Sequence record: OZ035795.1
Source of the DNA: Krischvirus LF73P4
Length of the DNA stretch: 64,000 nt
Strand: one strand, 5' to 3'
This document shows positions 17,695-27,369 of the stretch, piece by piece. The notes below the pieces were generated by a model. That model saw only the letters and a program-made list of their open reading frames with translations, was not told where the DNA came from and ran no database searches. The position numbers and the translations under genes were made by a program. Each line of letters opens with the position of its first letter. Positions within the stretch are counted from its first letter, which is position 1.

Positions 17695-17723
17695 TTGACA
17701 GCACAAACCAGATAGACAATAAT
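17695..17723 (+). promoter_or_regulatory. promoter candidate TTGACA-17-AATAAT
   Basis: -35 at 17695-17700. Confidence 0.35.
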
Positions 17724-17752
17724 ACACACATACCAACTAAGGAGAATCAATT

Positions 17753-18508
17753 ATGAAACTGTTTGCTTTTAAATCTAACGAAGAATTGGCGCTGGTTGTT
17801 TTCCGGCTGAACTCTATCATGGCTGGTGCTTCACGTCGCAACAAAGACTTCTCTATGAGCTTAGTCACTGTGCGTAACATTTACCGACAGACTCATTGCG
17901 CCTATTCCGGTGAGGCTTTCGGTGAAGGTGATGATGGACTCTCCTTAGAGCGCATTGATTGCAATCTAGGATATGTTGATGGCAATGTAATTCCGGTTAA
18001 ACTGAAATACAATTCTTTCCGTGGCAATCACACTATCGAATCTCTTAAAGAGATCCAGGAACTAGGAACTAACGGTAAACTTTCTGATGATGAAATTGCC
18101 CTACGTGCGAAGTACATCGAGTGGATCGAACTTAACGAGAATCGCATCAAAAATCAGGAACTGGCAATCGAAGAAAAGAAATTAGCAATCGAGCGCCACA
18201 AAAAGCACAACGAACCTGAGAAAGCAGAGGCAGTCGAGCGAGCTATTAAAAATACTCTCTTCCGTATGGAAGAACGTTATCAGAAAATTGCAGATCTCAA
18301 GCAAGCCCTTAGCGAAATCAACAAGAAAGAAGAAAAACTTAAGGCTATTGCAAACAATACCGAAGTCGTGCTAAAATATACCAGCGTTTTGATTGAATCT
18401 CTTTCTAAGTATGAGAACTTAACGCCAGCACAAAAAGAACGCGTGAAATACGGGCTTCCGATTGATGCGTCGTGGATTGAATTGATGAAAGCGAAGGTAG
18501 GTTTATAA
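17753..18508 (+). CDS. hypothetical protein with coiled-coil C-terminal half
   Basis: 251 aa; AAGGAG upstream. Confidence 0.55.
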   Translation: MKLFAFKSNEELALVVFRLNSIMAGASRRNKDFSMSLVTVRNIYRQTHCAYSGEAFGEGDDGLSLERIDCNLGYVDGNVIPVKLKYNSFRGNHTIESLKEIQELGTNGKLSDDEIALRAKYIEWIELNENRIKNQELAIEEKKLAIERHKKHNEPEKAEAVERAIKNTLFRMEERYQKIADLKQALSEINKKEEKLKAIANNTEVVLKYTSVLIESLSKYENLTPAQKERVKYGLPIDASWIELMKAKVGL

Positions 18509-18822
18509 TGCATGTATTTGCTGTATGTTATCGTGATAAAGACGGATTCTTTCAATACTCAGTGGACGCGAAGGGTCGCGTCCTAACTTGCGAAACACAT
18601 GATGCTGCGTTAGCGTCAATGTGTGATCAGATAGATTATTGTGAGAGTCTATTGGCAGGTGAACCGAAATACAAGGTTGTACCTAAACGAAAATTTGGCA
18701 TAATCCGGTCTTCTGAAATTGTTCGGGATGGTATCGAATATAAAATTCCTGAATATGAAAAAGAACGGGTACGGCGAGAACTCAATACTATCTGTGTTCG
18801 CAAGGTGAGGATTTTAGGATAA
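18508..18822 (+). CDS. hypothetical protein
   Basis: 104-aa ORF coupled to neighbours. Confidence 0.5.
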   Translation: MHVFAVCYRDKDGFFQYSVDAKGRVLTCETHDAALASMCDQIDYCESLLAGEPKYKVVPKRKFGIIRSSEIVRDGIEYKIPEYEKERVRRELNTICVRKVRILG

Positions 18823-20213
18823 TGAGCAGAGTATTAACTTTCGATATGTTAACAGACGGGCAAAAACATGCTTTTGATGTTCTAATGAAACGCATTGAAC
18901 AAAAGAAGCATACAACTGTCCGTGGTGCGGCGGGTACTGGTAAAACCGCAATGATGAAATTCATTGTTCAGGAAATGGTCCGCCGTGGTGTAACTGGTGT
19001 GGTTTTGGCAACGCCTACCCACCAGGCTAAAAAAGTTTTGAGTAAAGCGGTAGGTCGTCAAGCATTTACTTTACATGCACTACTGCGACTAAACCCGACC
19101 AACTATGAAGATACTCAAGTATTTGAGCAAAAAGATACTCCTAAGCTAGATGATGTTCAGATCATCATTGTTGATGAAGCGAGTATGGTCGATAAGAAAC
19201 TATTTGATATTCTCATGAAGAGTATCAACGGTCGAATTGTTGTTATTGCAGTTGGCGATCCGCACCAGTTACGACCAGTTGATCCGAGCGGTGCAACGTC
19301 GATCTCTCCTTTCTTCACGGATGAAAATTTTCAAAACGTGGAGTTGACAGAAATTAAACGATCTAATGCACCGATCATTGATGTGGCGACCGCTGTCCGT
19401 AATGGTAAATGGGTATTCGAAAAGCAGTGCGGCAACGAGGGTGTATTCCATAGCTCAACTCTGCCGGAGTTTATGAAGCATTATTTCGAAACCGTTAAAA
19501 CGCCGGAAGACCTGCTAGAAAACCGTATTCTGGCCTACACTAACAAGAGCGTCGAAAAACTCAATGAAATTGTGCGTAAGCGCGTTTATAACACCGATGA
19601 ACCAGTGATTGTAGATGAAATTCTGGTTACTCAGGAACCATTGATCGAATATCTGCGAGATGAACGCGGGAAGAAGATTCCCAATGTTATTTTTAACAAT
19701 GGTGAGATGATCCGAGTTAAAGAGGTCATCCCGCGCGAATTTACATTACGTTGCACGGGGGTAGATCCGCAACCAGTTTTAGGCTATACTCTGAAAGTGG
19801 AAAGCGTCGATGATGACGAAGACAAAGAAATCCTAAATCAGAAAGTCGGTTTAGATGCAGTCGGAATCACTACAGATAAACCAGATTTAGTAGAAATCAA
19901 CATTCTGACAGAACAACGTCAGAAGAACATTTTCTCTATCTATCTGAATACGGTCGCCGGACAATATCGCGAAATGAAGAAAGAGAATCCAAAATTTAAA
20001 CCAGATTGGGATTCCTTCTGGACGATGAAGCGTATGTTCTTGAATGTAAAAGCATTACCAGCTTGCACCATTCATAAGTCACAAGGGATCAGCGTAGACC
20101 GCGTGTTCCTGTATACTCCTTGCATGTGTACAGACAATGTTGACTTTGAATTGGCAATGCAGTTATTATATGTGGGTGTTACCCGTGCGCGGTATCGAGT
20201 AGACTATATTTGA
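18822..20213 (+). CDS. dda: DNA helicase Dda (SF1B)
   Basis: 463 aa; Walker A GAAGTGKT; collinear similarity to T4 Dda as recalled. Confidence 0.9.
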   Translation: MSRVLTFDMLTDGQKHAFDVLMKRIEQKKHTTVRGAAGTGKTAMMKFIVQEMVRRGVTGVVLATPTHQAKKVLSKAVGRQAFTLHALLRLNPTNYEDTQVFEQKDTPKLDDVQIIIVDEASMVDKKLFDILMKSINGRIVVIAVGDPHQLRPVDPSGATSISPFFTDENFQNVELTEIKRSNAPIIDVATAVRNGKWVFEKQCGNEGVFHSSTLPEFMKHYFETVKTPEDLLENRILAYTNKSVEKLNEIVRKRVYNTDEPVIVDEILVTQEPLIEYLRDERGKKIPNVIFNNGEMIRVKEVIPREFTLRCTGVDPQPVLGYTLKVESVDDDEDKEILNQKVGLDAVGITTDKPDLVEINILTEQRQKNIFSIYLNTVAGQYREMKKENPKFKPDWDSFWTMKRMFLNVKALPACTIHKSQGISVDRVFLYTPCMCTDNVDFELAMQLLYVGVTRARYRVDYI

Positions 20214-20223
20214 GGAAATTATT

Positions 20224-20391
20224 ATGATTATGCGAAGTATCCCAGAATTTAATGATGTGACGGTAAGCCGTCACAATGGAACTGTTACCATGTGCTTTAG
20301 ATGGGGTCTATACGGCTGGAACGTGTCCGGCGATAGTGAAGCTGCATGTATCAATAAAATGATCGAGCATTTCACTAAGCGAGGGTTTTGA
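20224..20391 (+). CDS. hypothetical small protein (55 aa)
   Basis: GAGGA upstream of ATG 20224. Confidence 0.35.
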   Translation: MIMRSIPEFNDVTVSRHNGTVTMCFRWGLYGWNVSGDSEAACINKMIEHFTKRGF

Positions 20392-20392
20392 T

Positions 20393-20635
20393 ATGGTTGT
20401 TATTAATAATGTGGCTAATGTAATACATCTACAATCAATTGTCGCGTGGAACCGTCAAAAGATTCATTGTGACTATGCACAACATGTAATGAATTTTAAC
20501 AACAAAGTACGCGCATACATGGCAACGGAACGACTGTTAACCGATAATTACGGTAACGGGATTATTGATTGTAGCGGTTTCATTCTGGATAAAAACGATC
20601 TGGAGTTGTTCCGGCATATCGCGGAGGATATTTAA
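20393..20635 (+). CDS. hypothetical protein
   Basis: 80-aa ORF. Confidence 0.4.
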   Translation: MVVINNVANVIHLQSIVAWNRQKIHCDYAQHVMNFNNKVRAYMATERLLTDNYGNGIIDCSGFILDKNDLELFRHIAEDI

Positions 20636-20636
20636 A

Positions 20637-21305
20637 ATGCTTCCAGTGGATTTAATGATTGACTTTGAAAGTTTAGGTTATCCGCCCGATGGGGCGGTTA
20701 TCAATATGGCGGCAATCGGATTTAAAGAAGATCCGCACAATCCACCTACATTTAAAGAACTGGTCGACAATTCCTTTCTGGTAAAATTTGATATTCCTTC
20801 CCAGAAAGGTGTAAGGGTGTTTGATCATGGTGTGGTTGAATGGTGGAAGAATACCGCCTCAGAAGGTATGAGAAAGCAATTAATCACAAATGGTACGGAA
20901 GTATCAACTAAAGAAGGTTTAGCGCGTTTTAACGCATTCTGTGAAGCCGTAGGGGTAGATCCGGTTAAATCCGTAATGTGGTCACGCGGTAATGCGTTTG
21001 ATATTCCGTTACTAGTTGATATGATCCGCCGTGCACACAATACACGAGAGACGTTCAGCCTTGAACCTGTGCGATTCTGGAATATCCGAGATGTTCGCAC
21101 CGCCATTGAGCGTACATTGATGCATCGCGGGATGTGTGAGTGTCCGTTACCAATGGGTACGCTAGATGGTTTTATCGCACATGATGCAATTCATGATTGC
21201 GCTCGCGATATTCTTATGCTAATCTATGCACAACGTTATGCTATGGGTCTGGAAGACCTACCAGAAAATCCAGATCCAAATTCAGTTAAGAAACAAAGGG
21301 GATAA
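20637..21305 (+). CDS. dexA: exonuclease A DexA (3'-5' exonuclease)
   Basis: 222 aa from ATG 20637 (GGAGGA upstream); collinear similarity to T4 DexA as recalled. Confidence 0.85.
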   Translation: MLPVDLMIDFESLGYPPDGAVINMAAIGFKEDPHNPPTFKELVDNSFLVKFDIPSQKGVRVFDHGVVEWWKNTASEGMRKQLITNGTEVSTKEGLARFNAFCEAVGVDPVKSVMWSRGNAFDIPLLVDMIRRAHNTRETFSLEPVRFWNIRDVRTAIERTLMHRGMCECPLPMGTLDGFIAHDAIHDCARDILMLIYAQRYAMGLEDLPENPDPNSVKKQRG

Positions 21306-21306
21306 T

Positions 21307-21480
21307 ATGCCATTATACGATTATTCTTGTGAAGAACACGGTCAATTTCAGAAAATCCGCAAAATTTCCGAGCGTGAAAAGGCAGAATGCCCTGAATGCG
21401 GTAAAGAATGCAAACAGGGATTGACTGCCCCGCGCGGGATTAATGGCGGGTACTATGATAAAAATGTGCGCGTGTCATGA
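21307..21480 (+). CDS. small zinc-ribbon protein
   Basis: 57 aa with CxxH...CPECG cysteine pairs; AAGGGG upstream. Confidence 0.45.
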   Translation: MPLYDYSCEEHGQFQKIRKISEREKAECPECGKECKQGLTAPRGINGGYYDKNVRVS

Positions 21481-21578
21481 GTCATATACTTGACAATCAC
21501 TCAATTTTAATATGATTGTTGCAGCCGTCTTTGTGGCGGTTGCAGTAAGTTATGGTTATGTTATGAAGAGGTTTAATA

Positions 21579-23402
21579 ATGAGTGAGTTTCGCATTTTAT
21601 CTGATCGTGAGCATGTCCTTAAGCGTGCAGGAATGTATATAGGATCAACAACTTACGAAGAACATCAACGTTTCCTGTTCGGTAAATGGACAAAAATTTC
21701 ATATGTTCCTGGACTGGTGAAAATCATTGATGAGATCATCGACAACTCTGTAGACGAGGCGATTCGCACTAATTTTGAATTTGCCAATGTGATTAGCGTC
21801 GATATCCAAAACAATATTGTTACGGTAACAGACAACGGTCGCGGTATTCCTCAACATATGGTTACTACCCCAGAGGGCACGCAGATTCCGCAACCTGTAG
21901 CCGCATGGACACGAACAAAAGCAGGGTCTAACTTTGATGATACCAATCGATTAACGCAAGGGATGAACGGTGTAGGGTCGTCGTTGTCAAATTTCTTTAG
22001 CGATTGGTTTACTGGTGTGACCTGTGACGGCGAAACAGAAATGACCGTTCAATGTACAAACGGTGCTGAAAATATCACATGGTCATCGAAACCATCAAAA
22101 TTGAAGGGAACAAAGGTTACATTTTGCCCAGACTTCGACCACTTCGAAGGTTATATGATGGACAACTCTGTTTTAGATATTGTTCATGATCGTCTGCAAT
22201 CATTGAGCGTAATATTTCCTAAGATCACGTTTAAGTTTAATGGTAAACGTATTGTTAGTAAGTTCAAGGATTATGCTAAACTATACAATGATGATCCGTT
22301 TGTCATTGAAGATAAAAACTTTTCACTTGCCCTAGTTCCTGCGGTCGAGGGAGAAGGTTTTAAATCAGTATCCTTTGCTAATGGTCTGTTTACCAAAAAC
22401 GGGGGAACACACGTAGACTACGTGACAGATGATCTTTGTGAAGAGATTGTAAAACGAATCAAGAAAGAATATAAGGTTGATGTTACTAAAGCTGCGGTTA
22501 AATCTGGATTGACCTGTATTCTTATTGTTCGTGAATTGCCTAACCTTCGTTTTGATTCACAGACAAAAGAACGATTGACTAATCCAACTGGTGATATCAA
22601 GCGTCATATTGATCTTGATTTTAAAAAGCTGGCTAAAGTCATTGCGAAGAAAGAAAACATTATCATGCCTATTATTGCTGTAGTCCTGGCACGCAAAGAG
22701 GCAGCAGATAAAGCGGCAGCGACTAAGGCAGCAAAGGCAGCGAAACGGGCTAAGGTAGCAAAACACGTTAAAGCTAACCTTATTGGAACTGACGCAGAAA
22801 CTACCCTGTTTTTGACGGAAGGTGATTCCGCGATCAACTATCTGATCTCTGTACGTGATCAAGATTTACATGGCGGTTTCCCGTTGCGAGGCAAAACTCT
22901 TACAACGTGGGAACAACCGGAGGCAAAGATCGTTAAGAACGCCGAAATTTTTAACATCATGGCGATCACTGGCTTGCAATTTGGTGTTGATGCATTGGAA
23001 GTTATGCAATACAAAAATATTGCGATTATGACAGACGCTGATACTGACGGGATCGGGTCTATTAAACCTAGTCTGATCTCTTTCTTTGCTCGTTGGCCTG
23101 AATTGTTCGAAGATGGACGAATCCGGTTTATCAAAACACCTATTATCATTGCGGAACCAAAGAAAGGTGATGATGTTCGATGGTATTATGACCTAGAAGA
23201 TTTTGAGAACGACCGAGATAATATCAAAGGTTACAACATTCGATATATCAAAGGTTTAGCATCGCTCACAGAATCAGACTATCATCGCGTGATCAACGAT
23301 CCTGTCATGGAGATCATCACGTTACCGGAAAACTATAAAGAGCTATTCGATTTGCTCTATAGTGAAGATTCAGACATGAGGAAGGCATGGATGGCGTCAT
23401 AA
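21579..23402 (+). CDS. 39: DNA topoisomerase II large subunit gp39 (unsplit; includes the part T4 encodes as gene 60)
   Basis: 607 aa; GyrB-like ATPase N-terminus; length matches unsplit T2/T6-type gp39. Confidence 0.9.
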   Translation: MSEFRILSDREHVLKRAGMYIGSTTYEEHQRFLFGKWTKISYVPGLVKIIDEIIDNSVDEAIRTNFEFANVISVDIQNNIVTVTDNGRGIPQHMVTTPEGTQIPQPVAAWTRTKAGSNFDDTNRLTQGMNGVGSSLSNFFSDWFTGVTCDGETEMTVQCTNGAENITWSSKPSKLKGTKVTFCPDFDHFEGYMMDNSVLDIVHDRLQSLSVIFPKITFKFNGKRIVSKFKDYAKLYNDDPFVIEDKNFSLALVPAVEGEGFKSVSFANGLFTKNGGTHVDYVTDDLCEEIVKRIKKEYKVDVTKAAVKSGLTCILIVRELPNLRFDSQTKERLTNPTGDIKRHIDLDFKKLAKVIAKKENIIMPIIAVVLARKEAADKAAATKAAKAAKRAKVAKHVKANLIGTDAETTLFLTEGDSAINYLISVRDQDLHGGFPLRGKTLTTWEQPEAKIVKNAEIFNIMAITGLQFGVDALEVMQYKNIAIMTDADTDGIGSIKPSLISFFARWPELFEDGRIRFIKTPIIIAEPKKGDDVRWYYDLEDFENDRDNIKGYNIRYIKGLASLTESDYHRVINDPVMEIITLPENYKELFDLLYSEDSDMRKAWMAS

Positions 23403-23403
23403 T

Positions 23404-23967
23404 ATGAAAAGTGCGAAATTTTGGAATACTGAAATTCAAGAGGAATTAAAACGAAGATTTGGACACACGGAAGGTGTTCTATATCACAAAACAAATAGTC
23501 CGTCTTTTAATGGTCTGCCAGAGGGATATTTCTACCAAGTCGGTGATAAAGTAAAAACAAAAAAGTTAAATTACGGTCATTTGGCAATAGATGTTTACAA
23601 TAAGGTTAAAAAGAGAACATCTACATATCTTGTACATAGAATTGTCTGGTTTCTTGAATATGGAACACAGGTTAAGGTAATAGACCACATAGACGGGAAT
23701 CCAGAAAACAACAATCCACCAAATTTACGGGAGGCAACACAACAACAAAACATGTACAATAAAAAGAAAATGGACGGGTGCACGAGCATATATAATGGTG
23801 TTACTCATCGCAAAGGATCTAGCAAAAGACCGTGGCAAGCACAAATAAGGATAAACGGATACAGAAAATACATAGGATCGTTTGCTACTCAGGAGGAAGC
23901 CGCTAGAGCATATGATGAATATGCAAAAATTCATCATGGGGAGTTTGCATCTTTAAATTTTAGTTGA
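23404..23967 (+). CDS. HNH homing endonuclease with AP2-type DNA-binding domain
   Basis: HRIVW...IDHIDGNPENN...NLR HNH motif and YRKYIGSFATQEEAARAYDEYA AP2-like segment. Confidence 0.8.
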   Translation: MKSAKFWNTEIQEELKRRFGHTEGVLYHKTNSPSFNGLPEGYFYQVGDKVKTKKLNYGHLAIDVYNKVKKRTSTYLVHRIVWFLEYGTQVKVIDHIDGNPENNNPPNLREATQQQNMYNKKKMDGCTSIYNGVTHRKGSSKRPWQAQIRINGYRKYIGSFATQEEAARAYDEYAKIHHGEFASLNFS

Positions 23968-23991
23968 CACACAAGGGAGATTCTCTATAAT
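23964..23991 (+). promoter_or_regulatory. sigma70-type promoter TTGACA-16-TATAAT with GGGAGA/TCTCCC inverted repeat
   Basis: -35 at 23964-23969, -10 at 23986-23991; T-run 24003-24011. Confidence 0.45.
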
Positions 23992-24025
23992 GGGAGTCTC
24001 CCTTTTCTTTTATGAGGATTTAACG

Positions 24026-24325
24026 ATGAGCAAAAAGAATAACATGATGATGAGTATGGCAAAGTTCATGGAAGCAGACCTGATCAAAAATACAGTACAG
24101 CATGAACGCCAGCGAGAAGCCGCAGTGATTGCAGAACAAGGTTTTCAGGTTATCCGCAATCCACCTAAAGATACGATTAAATCGAAATACAGAGACGATC
24201 TGAAAGACCATGAAGTACGGGAACTGGTTAATGATCTGCGTGACATTGCCATCAAATATCATGGTTATCAGTGCTTACGAGAACTGATCGCAGAGCGAGT
24301 AATGGATGCCCTGAAAAAAGATTAA
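24026..24325 (+). CDS. hypothetical protein
   Basis: 99 aa; GAGGA upstream. Confidence 0.45.
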   Translation: MSKKNNMMMSMAKFMEADLIKNTVQHERQREAAVIAEQGFQVIRNPPKDTIKSKYRDDLKDHEVRELVNDLRDIAIKYHGYQCLRELIAERVMDALKKD

Positions 24326-24332
24326 AAATCTG

Positions 24333-24361
24333 TTGACGCTGGATCGGGGATATATCATAAT
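24333..24361 (+). promoter_or_regulatory. promoter candidate TTGACG-17-CATAAT flanked by GGGGA/TCCCC
   Basis: -35 at 24333-24338, -10 at 24356-24361. Confidence 0.4.
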
Positions 24362-24391
24362 GTCCCCATCGAAAACAAAAGGTTGACTTAT

Positions 24392-24586
24392 ATGAAACCG
24401 TTTAAGAATGAAGAAACTCAAAAATTTTGTGAAAAAATTGCAGAAATCTACTTGACAGGGGAAAAGGAAAAAGCTAATATTATGTTCAAAGAGTCGGTTT
24501 CTATGATGAAAGTAGCACGCTGGGAACTGATCGCAATGCAAGACCAAATTCGTTATCTAGTAACAAAGGAGAATCAAAATGCGTAA
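24392..24586 (+). CDS. hypothetical protein
   Basis: 64-aa ORF. Confidence 0.4.
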   Translation: MKPFKNEETQKFCEKIAEIYLTGEKEKANIMFKESVSMMKVARWELIAMQDQIRYLVTKENQNA

Positions 24587-24773
24587 CCATTACATCGAAC
24601 TGGCAAGCCGTAAAGTTTCAGACCTGAAAGGCGTAATTGCTTACTATGAAGAAGTCCTGAAAAACGAAATTGCGGAGTGGGAACGTAAAGAATACAGCAA
24701 GTGCTTAGAGAAAAGCCGCGCTGAACTGGTTGACGCAGAAGCCCATCTGCAATGGGTGATTGAAAATGTATAA
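24579..24773 (+). CDS. hypothetical protein
   Basis: 64-aa ORF coupled to upstream ORF. Confidence 0.4.
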   Translation: MRNHYIELASRKVSDLKGVIAYYEEVLKNEIAEWERKEYSKCLEKSRAELVDAEAHLQWVIENV

Positions 24774-24783
24774 GGAGTAGAAA

Positions 24784-25041
24784 ATGAGTCGAAGTTTTGA
24801 TTTTCTGATCGCCAAGTGTCATCGAGAAAAGAAATCGATGGACCTGTTTATGAAATGTTTGAGGTATGAATATGCACACCTTCGTAAACACAAAATTGAT
24901 CCGCAAGTTTCCTACGAAAACATCAAGAAATATGCGAAAGAAGTGATTGACAACGATTGCACCGTGACATATAATGCGTTTATTGATTTATGGGCGTGGG
25001 ATGTAATCTACGCAGAGATGGACAAAGAAGATTTTAATTAA
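24784..25041 (+). CDS. hypothetical protein
   Basis: 85-aa ORF. Confidence 0.45.
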   Translation: MSRSFDFLIAKCHREKKSMDLFMKCLRYEYAHLRKHKIDPQVSYENIKKYAKEVIDNDCTVTYNAFIDLWAWDVIYAEMDKEDFN

Positions 25042-25055
25042 GTGAGGATTATATT

Positions 25056-27164
25056 ATGAAAATGCATATCGATAATGAAGAAGTATTTGGCAGTGACCTG
25101 AGCGGTGCGGTTGATTTTTCACTGAAAGCAAGTAGCAAGGCTTTTATGGTGCTTTCTAAGAACACTTATCAATATTGTGAGCGTGCTTGCGTCCGTGAGT
25201 ATTCGTGCAATGCTACCGACACTCACAAAGAAGCCGGAACCTTAGATCGTCCGTTTGATATTCATTTACCGACTGCAATCGAACCGTATTTTTCTGTGCG
25301 TGATTATGGTACGGGTATTCCGTCTAAGAAAGAATTAGAACAACTGTTTACGGTTTACTTTGAATCAACAAAAGACCAGACTAATGATTATATCGGATCT
25401 TTTGGTTTAGGTGCGAAGTCTGCTTATAGCTATACTGACACCTTTACAATCGTAAACTACTACAATGGTCGCGCTTATGGCTTTACTGCATTTGTGCAAA
25501 ACTCTATGCCGAAAATGGTGCAGATTTTCGACGAACCGACCTATGAAGACAACGGTCTGAAAATCACTATTCCGGTGAAAGAAAAAGACATTCAGACATG
25601 GCATCGAGAAGCACAATTTGTACTTCGTCATTTTGGGGAACACAAACCTAATATCAATGCAATCGAAATTAATTATTTCCCTAGCTTTGATAATTATTAT
25701 GTTTGCAATGGGCGTGATAACGATTCCTATGTAGTATATGCAATCATGGGTAAGATCCAGTATCCGATCCCGTATGAATATGTTCGCGGAACATGGTTAG
25801 AAGCTGTAAACCGCCAGCACCAGACCATTTACATTAATTTTGATTTGGGTGATCTGGACCTGATGCCATCGCGCGAAGAAGTTCACTTGTCAATCGAGAC
25901 TAAAGCGAACATCGAAAAACGTATTGCAGAAATCAATGAAATGATGTTGGAAAAGGTTAAAGAAAAGATCGCCAACATTAAAACAGAGCGTAAACTTGCG
26001 CAATTTATGAGCGAGTATTCATCGACTCAACGCAATATTATTAGCAAGATGGGTAAGATCGGGCAGTGGGATGATCCGGTAGCAATCTATAATAAGTTTG
26101 TGAATGCGGGTAAAGATTCGCCTAGTGACGTAGAAGGTCAGGTGTATACTCTGTATCGTACTCGTCACACAATCAGTAAATTGCGCCCTGCTTTCGTTAG
26201 CAGTCAATACAACATTACGCATTTTGTATGGATGCATAAAGAAGATATTCTGTGTGTAATTGATGATACCGATAAACCGAAACTGCGTGCACTGACTCTT
26301 AACGGCATGGTCCAGGAATACGGAATCAATAAAAAGGTACTGGTGTTCCGTCAGCGCAACGAAAAACATATGGAGACTTTCGAGTACATCAAACAGTATT
26401 ATGATGAATCTGAAATGACCGTGATTAAGGTATCAGAGGCCGATGATCTGCGTGCTAAAGCAGTTAAACCGGAAAAGACCGAGCGTACACAACGTGAAGC
26501 GACTCCCAAGCTGCCTAACGTGTATATCATGGAAAAGATTGGTGACAGTTGGCATAAAACCAGCCATCACATGAAAGCGGCAGAGATTCGCGAGTTATCA
26601 GGCTTGCACATGTTCCGCGTAGGTGATGCATTCGAAAGCCGTAGTCGTAAATCGATCTATAGTGAAAATACATTACACACGGCGCTTGACTACTTCGGGG
26701 TAACAAAGTATATTATTACTCGAAACGAGACACAAAAATATCTCGTTGACGAACAATTGGAATGTGCGCTAGAATTTGTTCGCGGTAAGCTGGCTGGTCT
26801 GGCTAAGAAGGTTAAGACCAATCATCTGGGGTATGGCGAATATCTGGGTGTGATCACTATGTTGTTTCATGACGATGAACTAGAACGCTGTGTTCCAGAA
26901 TTTATTGACAGACTGTACGGTCGTCATTATAATAAAGAGGTTTCCAAGTTACTCCTTCGTACTCGTTGGATTATGGACGAAGAAACTAAAAAGATCTGTG
27001 ATGAAAAATTCACGGCAGCAAACGAACGAATTAAAGCAGTTTGTGCGAAGTTTAAAGAGAATAGCCCGTTACTGTATGATATTGTAGATAACTGGTATCG
27101 TATTCTGCATAACGACAAACGCGCACAAGACTTTATGAAACTGGTTAAGAATGTTAAATTTTAA
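25056..27164 (+). CDS. rIIA: rIIA lysis-inhibition/membrane integrity protein
   Basis: 702 aa; GHKL-like boxes (REYSCNATD, RDYGTGI, GSFGLGAKSA); adjacent to rIIB. Confidence 0.8.
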   Translation: MKMHIDNEEVFGSDLSGAVDFSLKASSKAFMVLSKNTYQYCERACVREYSCNATDTHKEAGTLDRPFDIHLPTAIEPYFSVRDYGTGIPSKKELEQLFTVYFESTKDQTNDYIGSFGLGAKSAYSYTDTFTIVNYYNGRAYGFTAFVQNSMPKMVQIFDEPTYEDNGLKITIPVKEKDIQTWHREAQFVLRHFGEHKPNINAIEINYFPSFDNYYVCNGRDNDSYVVYAIMGKIQYPIPYEYVRGTWLEAVNRQHQTIYINFDLGDLDLMPSREEVHLSIETKANIEKRIAEINEMMLEKVKEKIANIKTERKLAQFMSEYSSTQRNIISKMGKIGQWDDPVAIYNKFVNAGKDSPSDVEGQVYTLYRTRHTISKLRPAFVSSQYNITHFVWMHKEDILCVIDDTDKPKLRALTLNGMVQEYGINKKVLVFRQRNEKHMETFEYIKQYYDESEMTVIKVSEADDLRAKAVKPEKTERTQREATPKLPNVYIMEKIGDSWHKTSHHMKAAEIRELSGLHMFRVGDAFESRSRKSIYSENTLHTALDYFGVTKYIITRNETQKYLVDEQLECALEFVRGKLAGLAKKVKTNHLGYGEYLGVITMLFHDDELERCVPEFIDRLYGRHYNKEVSKLLLRTRWIMDEETKKICDEKFTAANERIKAVCAKFKENSPLLYDIVDNWYRILHNDKRAQDFMKLVKNVKF

Positions 27165-27175
27165 GAGGTGATATT

Positions 27176-27307
27176 ATGACTAAACTGACCGCTATCCAGA
27201 AAGAAACCATCCGTAAACAATACGCTCGCGGCTTGACTAAAGGCGAACTGGCACGAATCTATAATGTATCAGACCGCACAATCCGCAAGGTTGTAGAAGC
27301 AAAATAA
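27176..27307 (+). CDS. small helix-turn-helix protein (43 aa), resembles an rIIB N-terminal module
   Basis: AAGAGGTGA RBS; GLTKGELARIYNVSDRTIRKVV HTH-like segment. Confidence 0.45.
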   Translation: MTKLTAIQKETIRKQYARGLTKGELARIYNVSDRTIRKVVEAK

Positions 27308-27319
27308 TTCTGGTATAAT
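27291..27319 (+). promoter_or_regulatory. promoter candidate with extended -10 (TGgTATAAT) and weak -35 TTGTAG
   Basis: -10 at 27314-27319; GGGCG/CGCCC hairpin 27330-27347 in the leader. Confidence 0.4.
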
Positions 27320-27369
27320 GATGTGAATCGGGCGGCGATAGTCGCCCAACTAATAGAGGAATGAATACT

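Noticed and set aside
17753-18508. 251-aa protein considered as Dam methyltransferase because of similar size and position to T4 dam
   Set aside because: No DPPY/NPPY or AdoMet-binding glycine motif present.
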